A DNA stretch of 63,709 nucleotides, the filler included, from Reclinomonas americana ATCC 50394 (Eukaryota), in assembly GCA_048213135.1 (NCBI GenBank). It is 6 parts of 4 records of this genome, joined end to end, with 100 filler letters (N's around TTAATTAATTAA, not from the genome) between each part and the next. Parts side by side here need not be neighbours in the genome. Positions count along the whole stretch, not along the records: positions 28,405 to 42,076 come from PS015195.1; positions 42,177 to 49,123 come from PS015196.1; positions 49,224 to 59,550 come from PS015196.1; 3 more parts are not named here. One strand, given 5' to 3'. Position 1 is the first letter of the stretch, and each line of letters opens with the position of its first letter. Under the pieces are notes generated by a model, which was not told where the DNA came from, searched no databases, and was given only the letters and a program-made list of their open reading frames with translations. Positions 37,795 through 51,234 of the stretch are shown piece after piece. Made by a program: the position numbers and the translations under genes.

Positions 37795-38766
37795 TTACGG
37801 CGAGTAGGTAATGTCGAAGGCGACTTCGTTGTGGCGGTCGAAGATCGTGAACGGCTGAGGAGAGAGGGAGAGTGAGTACACGGTGGGCAGCAAAGCATGC
37901 TCTTTCTTCCATCCACTCACCGAGTCGTAGCCCATGAACGAGTACTGCAGGATCGGGGAACAGCATTTGTCAGCTCAGCTGCAGGAGAAGCTCGACAAGC
38001 AGAAACACGCAGACGCAACGACATTGGGGCCCTCGACCGGCGTCAGGTTCTTCTCGTGCAGGATGTTGAGGAGATCCTGCAGCTGGCCGACAATGTCGTC
38101 GAACTTGGACACGCGTCCGCCAAACTGCAGCACCGCACGGACCACAGCCGGATCACGCGCGATAAACACATTGGGGTTCTTGCTGCCGGGCTGCGGTGCC
38201 TGCTTGTTGCCGTTCTGATAGTCGTAGCCAAAGTAGAAGGACTCCTGGAAGAAGCTCTTGCATGTCGGGCCTTGTCCCGGCACCACCTTGACCAGCACCG
38301 GCGCCTCCATCGGCACCTTCTCCGAGTCAATGTAGCGGAACAGCACATCAAAGCCTAGCGGTGATCATAGCATCGTCTACAAGTAAGCATCATCATATGG
38401 ACAGGGGTTGGGGGGTGGGGGGAGAGGTCTTGTCACCTTCGGTGAGGGCCTTGCCAAAGTCAATGTCGGTGACATTGGTGCGCGACCACATGGCCGCATC
38501 GTACTGGCGGATCTCAAAGTTGGGGTACTTGGGGTCGGTGGCCAGCACTGTGTAGACGGGGCAGTCGAGGCCGTGGCAGAACTTGGGTGGGGTGAAGGGA
38601 TTGTCTGTGTTTGTTGGACAACGAGTCAGACAAAGAGTCGACTGATGCAGAGAGAAGGAGAGAGAGAGGAGGGAGAGAGAGAGAGAGAGGACGCACGTTG
38701 CGCAGTCGCGGCACAGATGCACGCGGTGGCGAGCAGCAAGAGGGCGAGGAGAGTTGCTGAGTGCAT
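37795..38766 (-). CDS. Secreted SOUL/HEBP2-family heme-binding protein, multi-exon
   Basis: Signal peptide MHSATLLALLLLATACICAATAQ; PKFCHGLDCPVYTV, FEIRQY, GFDVLFRYI, KVPMEAPV, VLQFGG, GYDSPFTIFDRHNEV. Confidence 0.9.
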
Positions 38767-39825
38767 TGTGCTTGTTTGTTCCTGCTTGGCACAAAAACCA
38801 GAGTGTTAGCGAACATCTCAGGAGAGACAGACAGACAGACAAGCGCGTGTAGCAGTGCTTGTCTGATTGCGTATGCGTGTGTATGTNNNNNNNNNNNNNN
38901 NNNNNNNNNNNNNNNNNNNNNNNNNNNNNNNNNNNNNNNNNNNNNNNNNNNNNNNNNNNNNNNNNNNNNNNNNNNNNNNNNNNNNNNNNNNNNNNNNNNN
39001 NNNNNNNNNNNNNNNNNNNNNNNNNNNNNNNNNNNNNNNNNNNNNNNNNNNNNNNNNNNNNNNNNNNNNNNNNNNNNNNNNNNNNNNNNNNNNNGGGAGA
39101 GGGGGGAGGAACGGGAAGGAAAGGGGGAGGAGGAAGGGGAAGGGAGAGAGGGAAGGGAAAGGGGGAAAGGAGAGGGGATGAGGGGAAGGGGGAAGGGGAA
39201 GGGGAAGGGGAAGGGAGGAAAGGGAGAAGGGGAAGGGAGAGGGGGAAGGGAAAGGGGGAAGGGAGAGGGGATGATGGGAAGGGGATGAGGGGAAGGGGGA
39301 AGGGGAAGGGGAAGGAAAAGGGGGAAGGAAAAAGGGTGAAGGGAGAGGGGGAAGGAACAGGGGGAAGGAACAGGGGGAAGGGGAAGGTAAAGGGGAAGGA
39401 GAAGGGAGAGAGCGGATGCAAGTGAATGAGTAAGGGAAGGAAGGAGAGGGAAGAAAAGTAGCAGGTGAGAGATCGACTGGGATGGAGAGTGACAAGGGAG
39501 CGATTGAGAAATGAAAAGAATGCAAGAAGCAATGAAGGAAAGAAACAAGAAAAAAAGAAGGAAAGCAGGAAAGAAAGAAAAAAAGAAAGAAAAAAGAAAG
39601 AAAGCAAGAAGGAAAGAAGAAGAATGAAAAGACAATTAAGGATAGCAGAAAGCAAGAGAGACGGGAGGCATACCAAGTACCTGAGAAGTTTAGAGATGGA
39701 GAGGCAGAAGAGGAGACAGAGAAAGTGTGTGTGACGACAGTGAGAATGAAGGCAGGCAAAACACGGGAGGAGGAACGAGAAAGCAAGAATGCCTTGGCCT
39801 AAACCTCCCCTCCCAAAACACTCAC

Positions 39826-41938
39826 CAAGAATGAGCTTGCGGTTGCCCTGCGCGATATCAGCACCGTCAATGCCGACCAGGGAGAACTTGAGCGACTTGC
39901 CAATGCTGACAGCGTAGTTGCAGTTCTCGCCCTTCTGGAACACCATACGCGGGTTCATCGTCACGCGCTTCCAGTCCACACTGCCCGGCGCAATCTTGTC
40001 AAACGCCTTGAGCAGCAGGATGCCGTCCTTGACGTCCTCGTACAGGTTGTTGACCTCGAAGCCCAGGTTCTGCAGCCAGAAGCGGTAGGCGCGCTCCTCA
40101 CGAGTGCCCTCCGAATCGAAATCCAGCAGATCGGCAAACGCGCGCAGCGTCTCCTCATCCGGCGGGTCGAGGGCCGGGTGGTTGTTGAAGAGGTTGGCGA
40201 CAAAGGCCAAGTTCAGCTTGGCATTGCCGCGCACAATATCCCTGGCCGTCACGAACTTGCGGCACTCAATGCGAGCAGCGTTCTCCAGCACGCCCTCGGC
40301 ACGGGTCTCCAGGTCCACAATCTCCAGGGGGTGCTGGTCGCACACGCCACGGGAGATTTGCGAGAGGAGGATCTGTAAAGGGGGAAAGGTGAGCAAAGGG
40401 GAGGGAGAGGGGAACAAGGGGAGAAGGGAAAGGGAGAAGGGAAGGAAAGGGAGGGAGAGGGAGGGAGAGAAGGAAAGGGAGGGAGAAGGAAAAGGGAGAG
40501 TGAAGGAAAAGGGAGGGAGAAGGACAGAGGCGAGAGGAGATGAGAGACGGGAGAAGGAAAGGGAGGGAAAGGAAAGGGAGGGAGAATGAGAAAGAAAAGA
40601 GGAGGGGAGGGAATAGAGAGGAGAGGAGAGGAGAGAGAGAGAATGAGAAGAAGCTGCCGTCAAGAAAGGCGGTGAAACGCACTCAGCGGCCCTTCCCCCG
40701 TCCCCCACTCCTTCATCTTTGACGCACCGTGTAGACTACTGAGTCCTTGATGTCGTTCGAAAAGTTGGTGATGCGGCGGTCCGAGCCGGCCTGCGCGAGG
40801 TGGTAGTTGACCCAGCGGATAAGCAGCTGCTCTGGGGGCAGGCGCAGGAGGTCCTGGAGCNNNNNNNNNNNNNNNNNNNNNNNNNNNNNNNNNNNNNNNN
40901 NNNNNNNNNNNNNNNNNNNNNNNNNNNNNNNNNNNNNNNNNNNNNNNNNNNNNNNNNNNNNNNNNNNNNNNNNNNNNNNNNNNNNNNNNNNNNNNNNNNN
41001 NNNNNNNNNNNNNNNNNNNNNNNNNNNNNNNNNNNNNNNNNNNNNNNNNNNNNNNNNNNNNNNNNNNNNNNNNNNNNNNNNNNNNNNNNNNNNNNNNNNN
41101 NNNNNNNNNNNNNNNNNNNNNNNNNNNNNNNNNNNNNNNNNNNNNNNNNNNNNNNNNNNNNNNNNNNNNNNNNNNNNNNNNNNNNNNNNNNNNNNNNNNN
41201 NNNNNNNNNNNNNNNNNNNNNNNNNNNNNNNNNNNNNNNNNNNNNNNNNNNNNNNNNNNNNNTCCTCGCCCGGCAACAGCAGGCGCACCAGCTCAGGGTG
41301 CGCTTGCAGGTTGATGCCAGAGAGCAGACCAATCTGCGCGACGCACATACGAGTAAGTCCATGTTGGGTGGCTGCTGCTCTTCTCACAACGACGCAACTC
41401 GGACAATCTGCCAGGTCAGGCCGAGAATGAGATGTGGGACACCGTCGATAATGTGTTCGGGGTGGATGCTGATCACAGTGCAGCCAATGGCCTTGGCCGA
41501 GTTGATGACGACGTTGCAGTTCTGCACCATCTCGAAGCGGTTCGGGTTCTGCTTGAACACCAGCACACGCTCGTCGATTGTGTCGGCCACAGCAGAGTTG
41601 ATCAGCTTGCTGTGAGACAAATCAATGGTGAGGGAATGTGCCGATTGGAAACGAGAGAGAGAATGATAAGAGAGACGCAACGCCAGCAGAATGCCAGTGC
41701 GGCAGGCCGAGAAGAGCTCCTCGGTGGCCGGGTCGATCGGCAGCAGGTGCGAGAGAGACTCGTCGTGGCCGAGCACCGAGTTGATGTGGTCGGCAAAGGC
41801 AATCTTCTCCTCGTCAGTGTAGGCGTGCTGTGCGCCACCGTGGCCCTTCACAATGTTGGCCTTGACGTGCTTGTAGACGGCGGCGAAGCCAGCGGAGGAC
41901 GACGCGGCGTGCGGTCGGTGATCCGTCGAGTAGACCAT
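39826..41938 (-). CDS. Fimbrin/plastin (calponin-homology actin bundler), partial
   Basis: Motifs: [116 protein letters not shown]. The 5' end is cut by a linker and the last CH domain is not visible (gap). Confidence 0.96.
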
Positions 41939-42282
41939 CTGCGAAAGGGGAGATGAGGGAAGGGCGAAGGGGGAGAGATGAGAGGAGGGAGGGGAAAGGG
42001 AGAAGAAAGGGAGGGGAAAGGGAGGGGAAAGGGAGGGGAAGGGAGGGGAAGGGAGGGGAAGGGGAGGGAGAAGGGANNNNNNNNNNNNNNNNNNNNNNNN
42101 NNNNNNNNNNNNNNNNNNNNTTAATTAATTAANNNNNNNNNNNNNNNNNNNNNNNNNNNNNNNNNNNNNNNNNNNNTGCAGCATCGACATGAACCAAGGA
42201 TGGTCGAGGGTAAAAGACACGACACAGTAAGACGATGAACGGACCCAGAACAGCAGAAAGGTCATCCAGTGTCCAACGCAAC

Positions 42283-44741
42283 TTGTAGCACACGCCATAC
42301 GTCGCACCCGGCGTGACACCCGTGACATTGATCACATACTCAGTGTCCGTGTTCGACACAAATGCACCAATGGTGACACCGGCTGCTTGTGCACCCGTCG
42401 CGCACGTCGTGCCACCAGTGGTGTCAATGATGACAATCGAATCCATGTTGGAAAGGCTGTGAGAAAGAGATGTCAGCGGAAAGCGGAAGCAGCAAGCCAC
42501 GACAGAGAAAGGCAACAGACCCGAATCCGGTAATAGTCAGAGGAGTGACGAGTGTCTTCACAACCGAGGCCGGCGCGAAGGACGTCGTGCCTTGAATGTA
42601 CAACAGTCCTGGAGCCGTGGCAATGGGAAGTGCACCAATCCTGCAAGAAACCAGTCAGAGGCCGCACTCAGATTTGCAGACCCAGTAAGCAGTAATGGAT
42701 TCCACTCACTTGACGCAGACTTTGAAGGATCCTGCAGTGGTACCGCGCACCGGCACGTTCAGCGTTTGAGTGTTGGGCGAGGTCACCGTTCCTGTTGACA
42801 AGAGGGATCAGCTTCTCAATAAAGATGAGCAAGCATGTCATACGACGCACCGACAGTGATGCTCGCATCCGACGTGGGGCCGCAAGCCGCCGCAGACGCC
42901 ACGATGGTCACCGTGTCGGTGACGGCCAGGCCGTCACCAGCAATCGTCAGCGTTGTGTCGGTGGTGGTGCTGGGGGCGATGGACTGGTAGTAGGGAAGGG
43001 GGTGAGGAGGACGGGAATGGGGGAGAGGAGGGAGAGAAGGGGGAGGGGAAGAGAAGGTGGAAAGAGAAGGGGGGAGAAGGGCGACGAGATGGGAAAGACG
43101 GAGGGAGAGTGGACGGGCAAGTGAAAGTGGGAATAAAAGGGGGAAGTGAATGAGGGAGTGAAAGGGGAGGAAAGGGGAGGAAAGGGGGAGTGAAAGAGGA
43201 AGGGAAAGGGGAGTGGAAGGGGGAGTGAAAGGGGGAGTGAAAGAGGGAGGAGATGGGGGAAGAGAACGGAGAAGAGAAGGATGAGGGAAGAGAAAGGGGA
43301 AGAGAAAGGGGGACGGAGAAGGAGAAATGGAGAAGGGGCATAGAAGTGGAAGTGAAAGGGGAGTGAAAGGGGAGTGGAGAGAGTTGTGAAAAAAACAGCA
43401 AGACAGCCACCAGCACTTTGGGAGGAGCGTGCATTCGAGAAACAGAGGTAAGACGAAGAGACAAGACCTTTGGTGTGAACGAGCCAGGGCCCGCTGCTGT
43501 GACGAGTCCACCGGTAACAGCGACAGGTGTACCAGTGGCCGAGAAGCTGACGCACACATTCGAGTCAGAATACAATCGGTCTCTGCGTTTCATCACCCGT
43601 TTCACCCCGGACGCAACGCAATGCACAGCGAGAAATCTTGAGCCGTGTTCGACGTAATGGACACGGTGATTTGCTGGCTGGTACCACCCGCCGGTGGAGT
43701 CACAGTCACTCCGGCAGCGGCCATTGGAGTGGGAGAGCAGGCCGTGTTAGCCACGACCGCGGTCACCACATCACTGTCGTGTGTGAGCAATGGCTCGAGA
43801 CGAGGAAGACGAGGCGCGACATACGCAACTTGGTGCCCAGGCCCGATCCATTGATGGAGACCACCGTGGCAGTGCCGACCGGGATGGTGGACGGAGAGAT
43901 ACTCGTGGTGCCTGTGCACAACGCTGTCAGGAACTGAATGCGCACAACTGTGCATTGGCACACGCACCCTGTACGTCGAGAGAGCCACCAATGGCCGCCA
44001 GCGAGCCCACTGTCTTGAAGCACAGGAAGTAGCTGCCAGTGGCGGCGTTGGTGGTGGTGAGCGAAAAGACGTAGGTGGTCGCCGATGGGGCGGTTGGTGT
44101 GGCTGTGGGAGGGAAGAGACAGGATGGTGAGTAAGCTGTGTTGAAAAGCATTCAATTGAAGGCAAACGAACCAGTCGCAAAACCGGTGGCGGCAGTGGCG
44201 CAGGCATTCGTCGTTGACACTTGCACGGTGGTGGTGGCCACGGCCAAACCGTATCCGGTGAGGGTGATTGACGTGGTGCCGCTGGCCGGGACGCTCTGTG
44301 GGGAGGGAGGGAGGAAATGAGACGAAGGAAATGGGAGACACAGGGAGAAAGAGAGGGAGAAGGAGAGGGAGAGGGAGAGGGAGAGGGAGAGGGAGAGAGA
44401 AGAGGGAGAGGGAGGGAGAGGGGAGAAAGAGAAACGGAGAGGCAAGGGAAGAGGGAAGGAGAGAGAGGGAGAGGGAGGGAGAGGGAGGGAGAGGGAGAGA
44501 GATCGACAGAGACAGAGCAACAAAGAGAGAGAGAGAAAGCAGGAGAGCGAGAGAGACCGGAGAGGCAGAGACAGTGCAAGATAACAAAGGTGAACTGAGA
44601 TGGAAAGCAGAAAAAGAGAAACGACAGGCAAAGAGAGGCAACGACAAAAAAGTATTCGTGCACGGTGACGGAGGGTGCAGGATCGAGAAGAACGATATCA
44701 AGGGCGCTCTCTTTTTCTCTTTCGCTCGCTTTCTCTCTTTA

Positions 44742-44777
<36 letters not shown>

Positions 44778-47700
44778 ACACTCGCTTTCTCTCTTTCTCT
44801 CTCTCCCTCTCTCTCTCTCCCTCTGGGTACACCACGTACCAGAGGAGAGAACGACGTGGCGCCCGAGATGGTGAGCTGACCACCATTTACAGGAATCGGA
44901 GACGTGGCACCCGGCAGCCTGTGCCATTTTCAAGTAAGCCACCCATCTGAAAGCAATGCTGCTCAAATCAACGCAACGTGATGCACAGCGTGACTAGTGC
45001 GCCAGCGGCAGAGACAGCCGTCGATGTGACCGACAGCGTCGCCTGCGTGCTTCCGGTAAACGTGGGCATCGCACCAATGGTGATGCTGGCCGGCTGGGCG
45101 TCACCGCAATTGCCGCTGGTAACGGCCTTGAAGGCGTCGCCCATGGCCAGACCAAAGCCAGTGACAATCACATTGGTGGCGGCGTTCACTTGGATTTCGG
45201 TGGGCGAGAAGGTGGTGGTGCCTGCCAGCGGAGAATAATCAGCAACCACAAAAATGGAAGAGGGGGGTGAGCAATCCATACCAGCAACAGTGAGGACGCT
45301 GCCTGCGGCCGTGTACGTGGCTCCACCACCAAAGCTGCATCGCACAAAGCACGTAAGCTGCAGCGATTCCCATTGTTGCACTTTCCTCTTCATCTCACAC
45401 TCACCTGATGCAAATGGTGAAAGTGCCAGCAACGGTCGACTGCGCCTGAATGTTCACCGGCAGCAGAATGGCCGTCGGCGCTGGATTGGTGCTCAGCGTG
45501 GCGGTCACATTGGCGGCCGGCGTGGGATTGCCGTTGCAGGCCGTGGCTGCGGTGCCGCTGACAATCTTCACCACGTCGTTGGCGGAGAAACCGGTGCCGG
45601 TGATGGACACGAGGGTGGTCTGGCCGGCGTTGATGGTGGCGGGGGTGAATGCTCCGGCGCCTGAAGAGGGGAAAGGGGGGAATTAGGGGAAGGGGAAGGG
45701 AAAGGGTGGAAAGGGAAAGGATGGTAAAGGAAAGGGTGGTAAGGGAAAGGGTTGTAAGGGAAAGGGTGGTAAAGGAAAGGGTGGTAAGGGAAAGGAGAGG
45801 AAACAAGAGGAGAAGGAGTTGAGAGGAGTGGCGAAGAGAAGAGAGGAGAGGAGAAGAGAAAAGAGGAGAGGAGTGGAGGGTAAAGGAGAGGGAGAGGAAG
45901 AGAGAGATACAGAGGAGGGAAGAGGAGGGAAGAGGAGAGGAGTGGAGAGGAGTGGAGAGGAGTGGAGAGGAGTGGAGAGCAGTGGAGAGGAGTGGAGAGG
46001 AGTGGAGAGGAGTGGAGAGGAGTGGAGAGGAGTGGAGAGGAGTGGAGAGGAGTGGAGAGGAGTAGAGAGGAGTGGAGAGGAGTGGAGAGGAGTGGAGAGG
46101 AGTGGAGAGGAGTGGAGAGGAGTAGAGAGGGGAGGAGAGGAGAGGAGAGGCAAGGTGAGGGGGAAAGGAGAGGAGGGAAGAGGAGTGAAGAGGAGAGATG
46201 AGAGGAGAGGAGAGGAGATGAGAGGAGGGGAGAGGAGAAAAGAAGAGTAGAGAGAAGAGATGTACAATAAGAGAAGGGATGAGAAGAGAAGGGAAAGAGA
46301 AGAGACGAATGGTCAGAAAAGCAGTGCAGACAAGAGAGAGGTGAAGAGGGAAGAAGAGAAGTTCGAAGAACCGAAGGATTGGAGACGGAAAATGATGAGA
46401 TGAAAGAGGGAAGGAGAGGAATACAGAAAGAGTGCATGCTCAGTGTTCTGGTGCAGAAAGTGCAGGCGTGCTGCACATCGTCAACGAAAAACAGAGGAAA
46501 CACTGAAAAAGTGACGCGATTTGCGGGATGAGATGAAGCCCGAAGCAATGGCTAACTGGAGAGCAGCGAGAAAGAAAGGAATTGGGAGACGAGTCGAAAC
46601 CTCACCTTGGATGTAAAGGAAGTTCGGCGAGGGCAACTGCGTGTAAGCGCCACCGGTAGTCCTGCAAATCAAAGTCGTGTGGGTCAAGTGGGATTACACG
46701 CCGTTTCACCTTTCCGCCTCATCTTATCACTCCTCGTCCACCTCTCCCTGCAATAGCTATTCATCTCTCCCATTTCACTTCTGTTCTCTCCTCCCCCTGT
46801 CCTCTCATTTCCGCCTCAGTTCTCTCCTCCCCCTGTCCTCTCTTCCGCTCCCCTTCTCCCTCTATCCCCTTCTGCTCTCCTATCCTCTCCTCTCCTCTCC
46901 TTTCCTTTCCTCTCCTTTCCTTTCCTCTCCTCTCCTCTCCTATCCTCTCCTCTCCTCTCCTCTTCTGTCGCCCGTCGCAACTGGTAGCACACGGCAAACG
47001 TTCCGGCGGCGGTACCCGTGGCACTGAACGACAGAGTCGTTCCGTCACCGCTCGGCGTGATGGCGGCTACGAAGGAATGTGTAAGCAGGAGTACACGACA
47101 ATCCAAGTGAACAAGAAAAAAACGCAACAGACGGTGACCGTGGTCGCGTCGTTGGCGCAATTCACATTGGCGGAGTTGGGCACAACGCGCACCAGGTTAC
47201 CCGCAGCAAATCCGACGCCAGTCAACGTCACTGTGGTGGCCGCGGCGGGAATGGAAACCGGGGAGAGCGAGCTGGCGCCCGACAGCACGAGGGTGCCCGT
47301 GATGGCCACGCTGGCGGCGGCTCCCATGTACCTGCGGATCGATAGTCAGACAACAAAGACAAGAAAAAGGACGGATAAAACACCGCGATTCGCAACTTGA
47401 TGCACACGGAGAGATTCTGCGGTGTGGTGCTGGCGGTGATGGGCACGGTGAGACCGGAAGCCGAGGTGACCACATTGCCGAGAGTAATGCCACCGGGGGC
47501 GGCCGCAGTGCATGCCGAGCCCGAGGGCACGACCGTCACCACATCACTGCGCAAAACAAAGTCAGACACTGACATCACCCCCACTGTGTCCCTTACAATG
47601 ACGACGCAACGTGGCCTGCAACCCAGTGCCGGTAATGGTGACCTGCGTCGCGATGCCTACTTGCACATTCAGGGGGGAGAACGTGGAGGCGCCGGTGACG

Positions 47701-49910
47701 GCCAGCGAGAGGCCCGAGACGGCAACCGAACTCGACGTGCCAATCTTGTAGCACACCGTGTAGAGTCCGGCGGGGGCGGTGGTCGAGTTCACCGTCGCCG
47801 TCAACACTGTGTCGCCCATGGTCGAGGTCGGCGCCGTGGCCGTGATGGCCGGCACAGCGGTACCCGTGCATGCTGCATTGGCGCCGCTGATAAACGTGAA
47901 TTGCACGTTGGCGGCTACAAGGCCGACGCCGGTGAAGGACAGAGTGGTTCCGGTGTTCGGCAGCACAGAGGTGGGTGAGAAGGTGTTGATGCCGTTGACG
48001 GCGAAGGAGCCGCCCAGCCAGAGGGAGTAGGCCTCGCCGGTGGCCAGTCTTGGAATAGGGGAAGGGGGAAAGGGGAAAGGGTGAGGGAAAGGGAAAGGTG
48101 AGGGGAAGGGAAAAACATGCAGTCGACAACTCACCGAATGCACAGATTGAGCGACTGCGCCTTGGTTGACGTCATGTTGGCGGTGAGATTGGTGGCGCCA
48201 GTCGAGGCGATACCGGCAAATGACGTGTTCCCGTCCGCAGCGCCACTGCAGTCGCCCGGGGCGACCACCGCCATGAGCGCGTCCGACGCCGCCAGACCAG
48301 TACCAGTGGCCTTTTCGTAACAAGGAGGAATGTAAGCAGTCTGCGTGATGCTAACTTTCTGTAAATCCACCCACCGTCAGTGGCACCGCCGTGCCAATGA
48401 AACCGCTATTCGGCGTGTACGACGTGACGCCTGCGCGAGAAGACAAGAAAATGAGCACGACCGCTACCACCAGTTCCCTTCTCAGTCTCCAAGTTTTCCG
48501 CACCATTTACAGTGATGCCCGTCGAGGCAGCCGTCGAAGCGTAGCCCGTGATCACGTAGCACAGCGTGTAGGCGCCGGGCTTGGTGGCGGTGGTGGCAAA
48601 CGACAGCGTGGTGGCCGTGGCCGTCACGGCACCGACCGTGACCGAGGTGTCGGCGGTGCCGGGGCAAGTGGCATTGGCGCCGGCCACGTACGCCACGGTG
48701 GGAGTGCCGGTGTAGACACCAGTGGCAGTCACCGTGGTCTGCACGTTGGCACTAAAGGTGGCGGGCGCCACCGACGTGGTGCCGTAGACGGTCAAGAGCA
48801 GGTTGGGGACGGCGCTAAAGGTGTTGCCGCCGTTGGGAGCGTAGCACATTTTGAGGATTTGGGCGGTGGGTGATGTCACGGTGAAGGAGAGGTTGGTGGC
48901 GCCGGTGGAGGCGAAGGTGGTGACCGTCACGCCGTTGGCCATGGCTTGCGTGCAGTCACTGAGAGGGGGGGGGGGAGAGAAGGGGTGTGAGGGAAAGGGG
49001 GTGTGAGGGAAAGGGGGTATGAGGTAGAAGGGGAGAGGAGAAAGGGGGTATGAGGAGAAGGGGGAGAGAAGGAGAAAAGGGGACGAGGAAGGGGGAAGGA
49101 AGAGGGGAAAGGAACGAGGGGGANNNNNNNNNNNNNNNNNNNNNNNNNNNNNNNNNNNNNNNNNNNNTTAATTAATTAANNNNNNNNNNNNNNNNNNNNN
49201 NNNNNNNNNNNNNNNNNNNNNNNGGGGGAAGGAAAAGGGGGAAGGAAAAGGGGGAAGGAAAATGGACAGAAGGGAAAGGGGCAGGAGGAGAGAAAGAGGA
49301 AAGGGGAGAGGAAAACAGGGGAAAGGAAAGGACAAAATGAGAGAACTGGGATGGGAGACAGAACGGCGACAGGCGGACAGAGGGGACAAGAGAGAGAGGT
49401 CAGCGAAGGTAACAGAGAAGGAAGAATGGAGAGCGGAAGCACCCAATCAAGAGCCATATGGGAAGCAGGTAAGGAACTCAAAACAGGAAGAGTGGGGAAG
49501 AGAACAGTGTGCAAACACTTAGAAGGCCCAGAAGCATGAAACGGAGAGAAGGGGTTGTTCCAGAAGCACAGGATATGAGGAACAAGCGCACAGCGAAACG
49601 AAAGAAAGATTGCAGATACTGAGCGAAGAGGATCAGAGCAAAACACGGCAAGAATGAAGGGATATCAACGCAACCTGGCCTGCGGGACCATCTTGATCTG
49701 CTCATTCGCCGCGAGATTGGTGCCCGCGCATACAATGTTGACTGCCGCACCCATGAAGCCGACGACAGGCGCAAAGCTGGCGATGCCGTCCACGGTGAAG
49801 GTGGAGGAGGCGAGGGTGGCCGGCAGCGTGCCGACCGTGTAGCACACTGCGATGTGGGAAAAGAGTGAGTCAATGCAGAAAAAGCAAAGCACGCTGACTC
49901 TTCCTGTCCT

Positions 49911-49945
<35 letters not shown>

Positions 49946-51203
49946 CCCCGCTGAGCACCTGAATAGACACCCGCATTGGTGCCGGTGGTGATGGTCACGG
50001 TGGCGGTCGTGCCGTTCAACGTCACTGCGCCGACCGTGAAGGAGTTGTCGCCCGTGGCGGTGGCGCAGTTGGCATTGGCGCCCGCCACAAAGGAGATGGT
50101 CATGGAGCCGGTCAGGCCAATGCCGTTGAAGGTGAAGTTGGTGGCGGTGGCCGGGGCGGCGGAGGCGGGGGTGTAGGAGGAGACGCCGGTGACCTGGGAA
50201 AGGGGAAGGGTGGGTAGGGGAAGGGTGGGTAGGGAGAGGAAAGGAGAAGAGCAGGAAAAGAAGAAGAGGAAGAAGGAGGAGGATGGGAGACAAGTGGAAC
50301 TAAACAAGGAAGCACAGCACAATTGCACTGAAGATGCACACACCGTCAGCGTCTGCGTGCCGAGCTGGACAAACGAGGCAGCGCCAGCAGGTCTGCGAGT
50401 CAAGCAACAGTCAGCGCGTTTTAAATCGCAGGAAATTGCACAACTCACGCAACTGAATGCACAGCATGAGCGTCTGCGGAGTCGTCGTGGCAAAGGTGAC
50501 GCTCACTTGCGTGGCCTGCGTGACATTGGCCGCCGTCACTGTGACGTTTCCGACAGCAGCATCCGTGCAGGCACCAGTACTGGTAACGGCCTTGATGCCG
50601 GTGACTGCGCCGAGCGGGATGTTCGAGCCTGGGCAAGAGGGGGAAGGGGAGTGAGAATGGAGGGGAAGGAGGAGGAGGAGGAGGAGAAGGAGAAGGAGAA
50701 GAAGAACAAGAACAAGAGGAACAACAACAATAAGTACAAGGTGAAGGAGGAGGAGGATGAGAAGAAGAATAGGAGAAGGAGGGGGAGGAGAAGGAGGAGG
50801 AGGAGGAGAAGAAGAAGAAGAAGAAGAAGAGCAAGAAGAACAAGAAGAACAAGAACAGAACAAAAACAAAAAACAAGAAGAAGAAGAAGAAGAAGAAGAA
50901 CAGGAAAGAGAAAGAGGGAGAAAAAGAACAAGAAGAACAGGAAATTGCAGAGACACGAGATGCAAAGGTGAACGCGAGCGGGGAAGGAGGAGTGAGAACT
51001 ACAAGACTGAGATCAGTAGAAGCACACAAGGGTGAGAAACAGAGTGCATGAGAAGCAGCGGTGGACAGTCACATGCGGGCACAGAGAGAGAGAGAGAGAG
51101 AGAGGTAGAGAGAGTGAGACAGGGAGACAGAGAGACAGAGAGACAGAGGGACAGAGAGAGAGAGAAAGGAAAGAAAGAAAGGAAGGAAAGAAGTAAGAAA
51201 GGA

Positions 51204-51234
<31 letters not shown>

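Noticed and set aside
38393-40708. 771-aa ORF suggesting a fimbrin-SOUL fusion
   Set aside because: It reads through stop-free polypyrimidine introns and an N gap. SOUL has its own ATG and signal peptide at 38766.
45568-46548. ORFs of SSPLLSTPLH / ERSGEEWRGV repeats and other L/S/P/F- or E/R/G-rich ORFs
   Set aside because: These are translations of intronic micro- and minisatellites.
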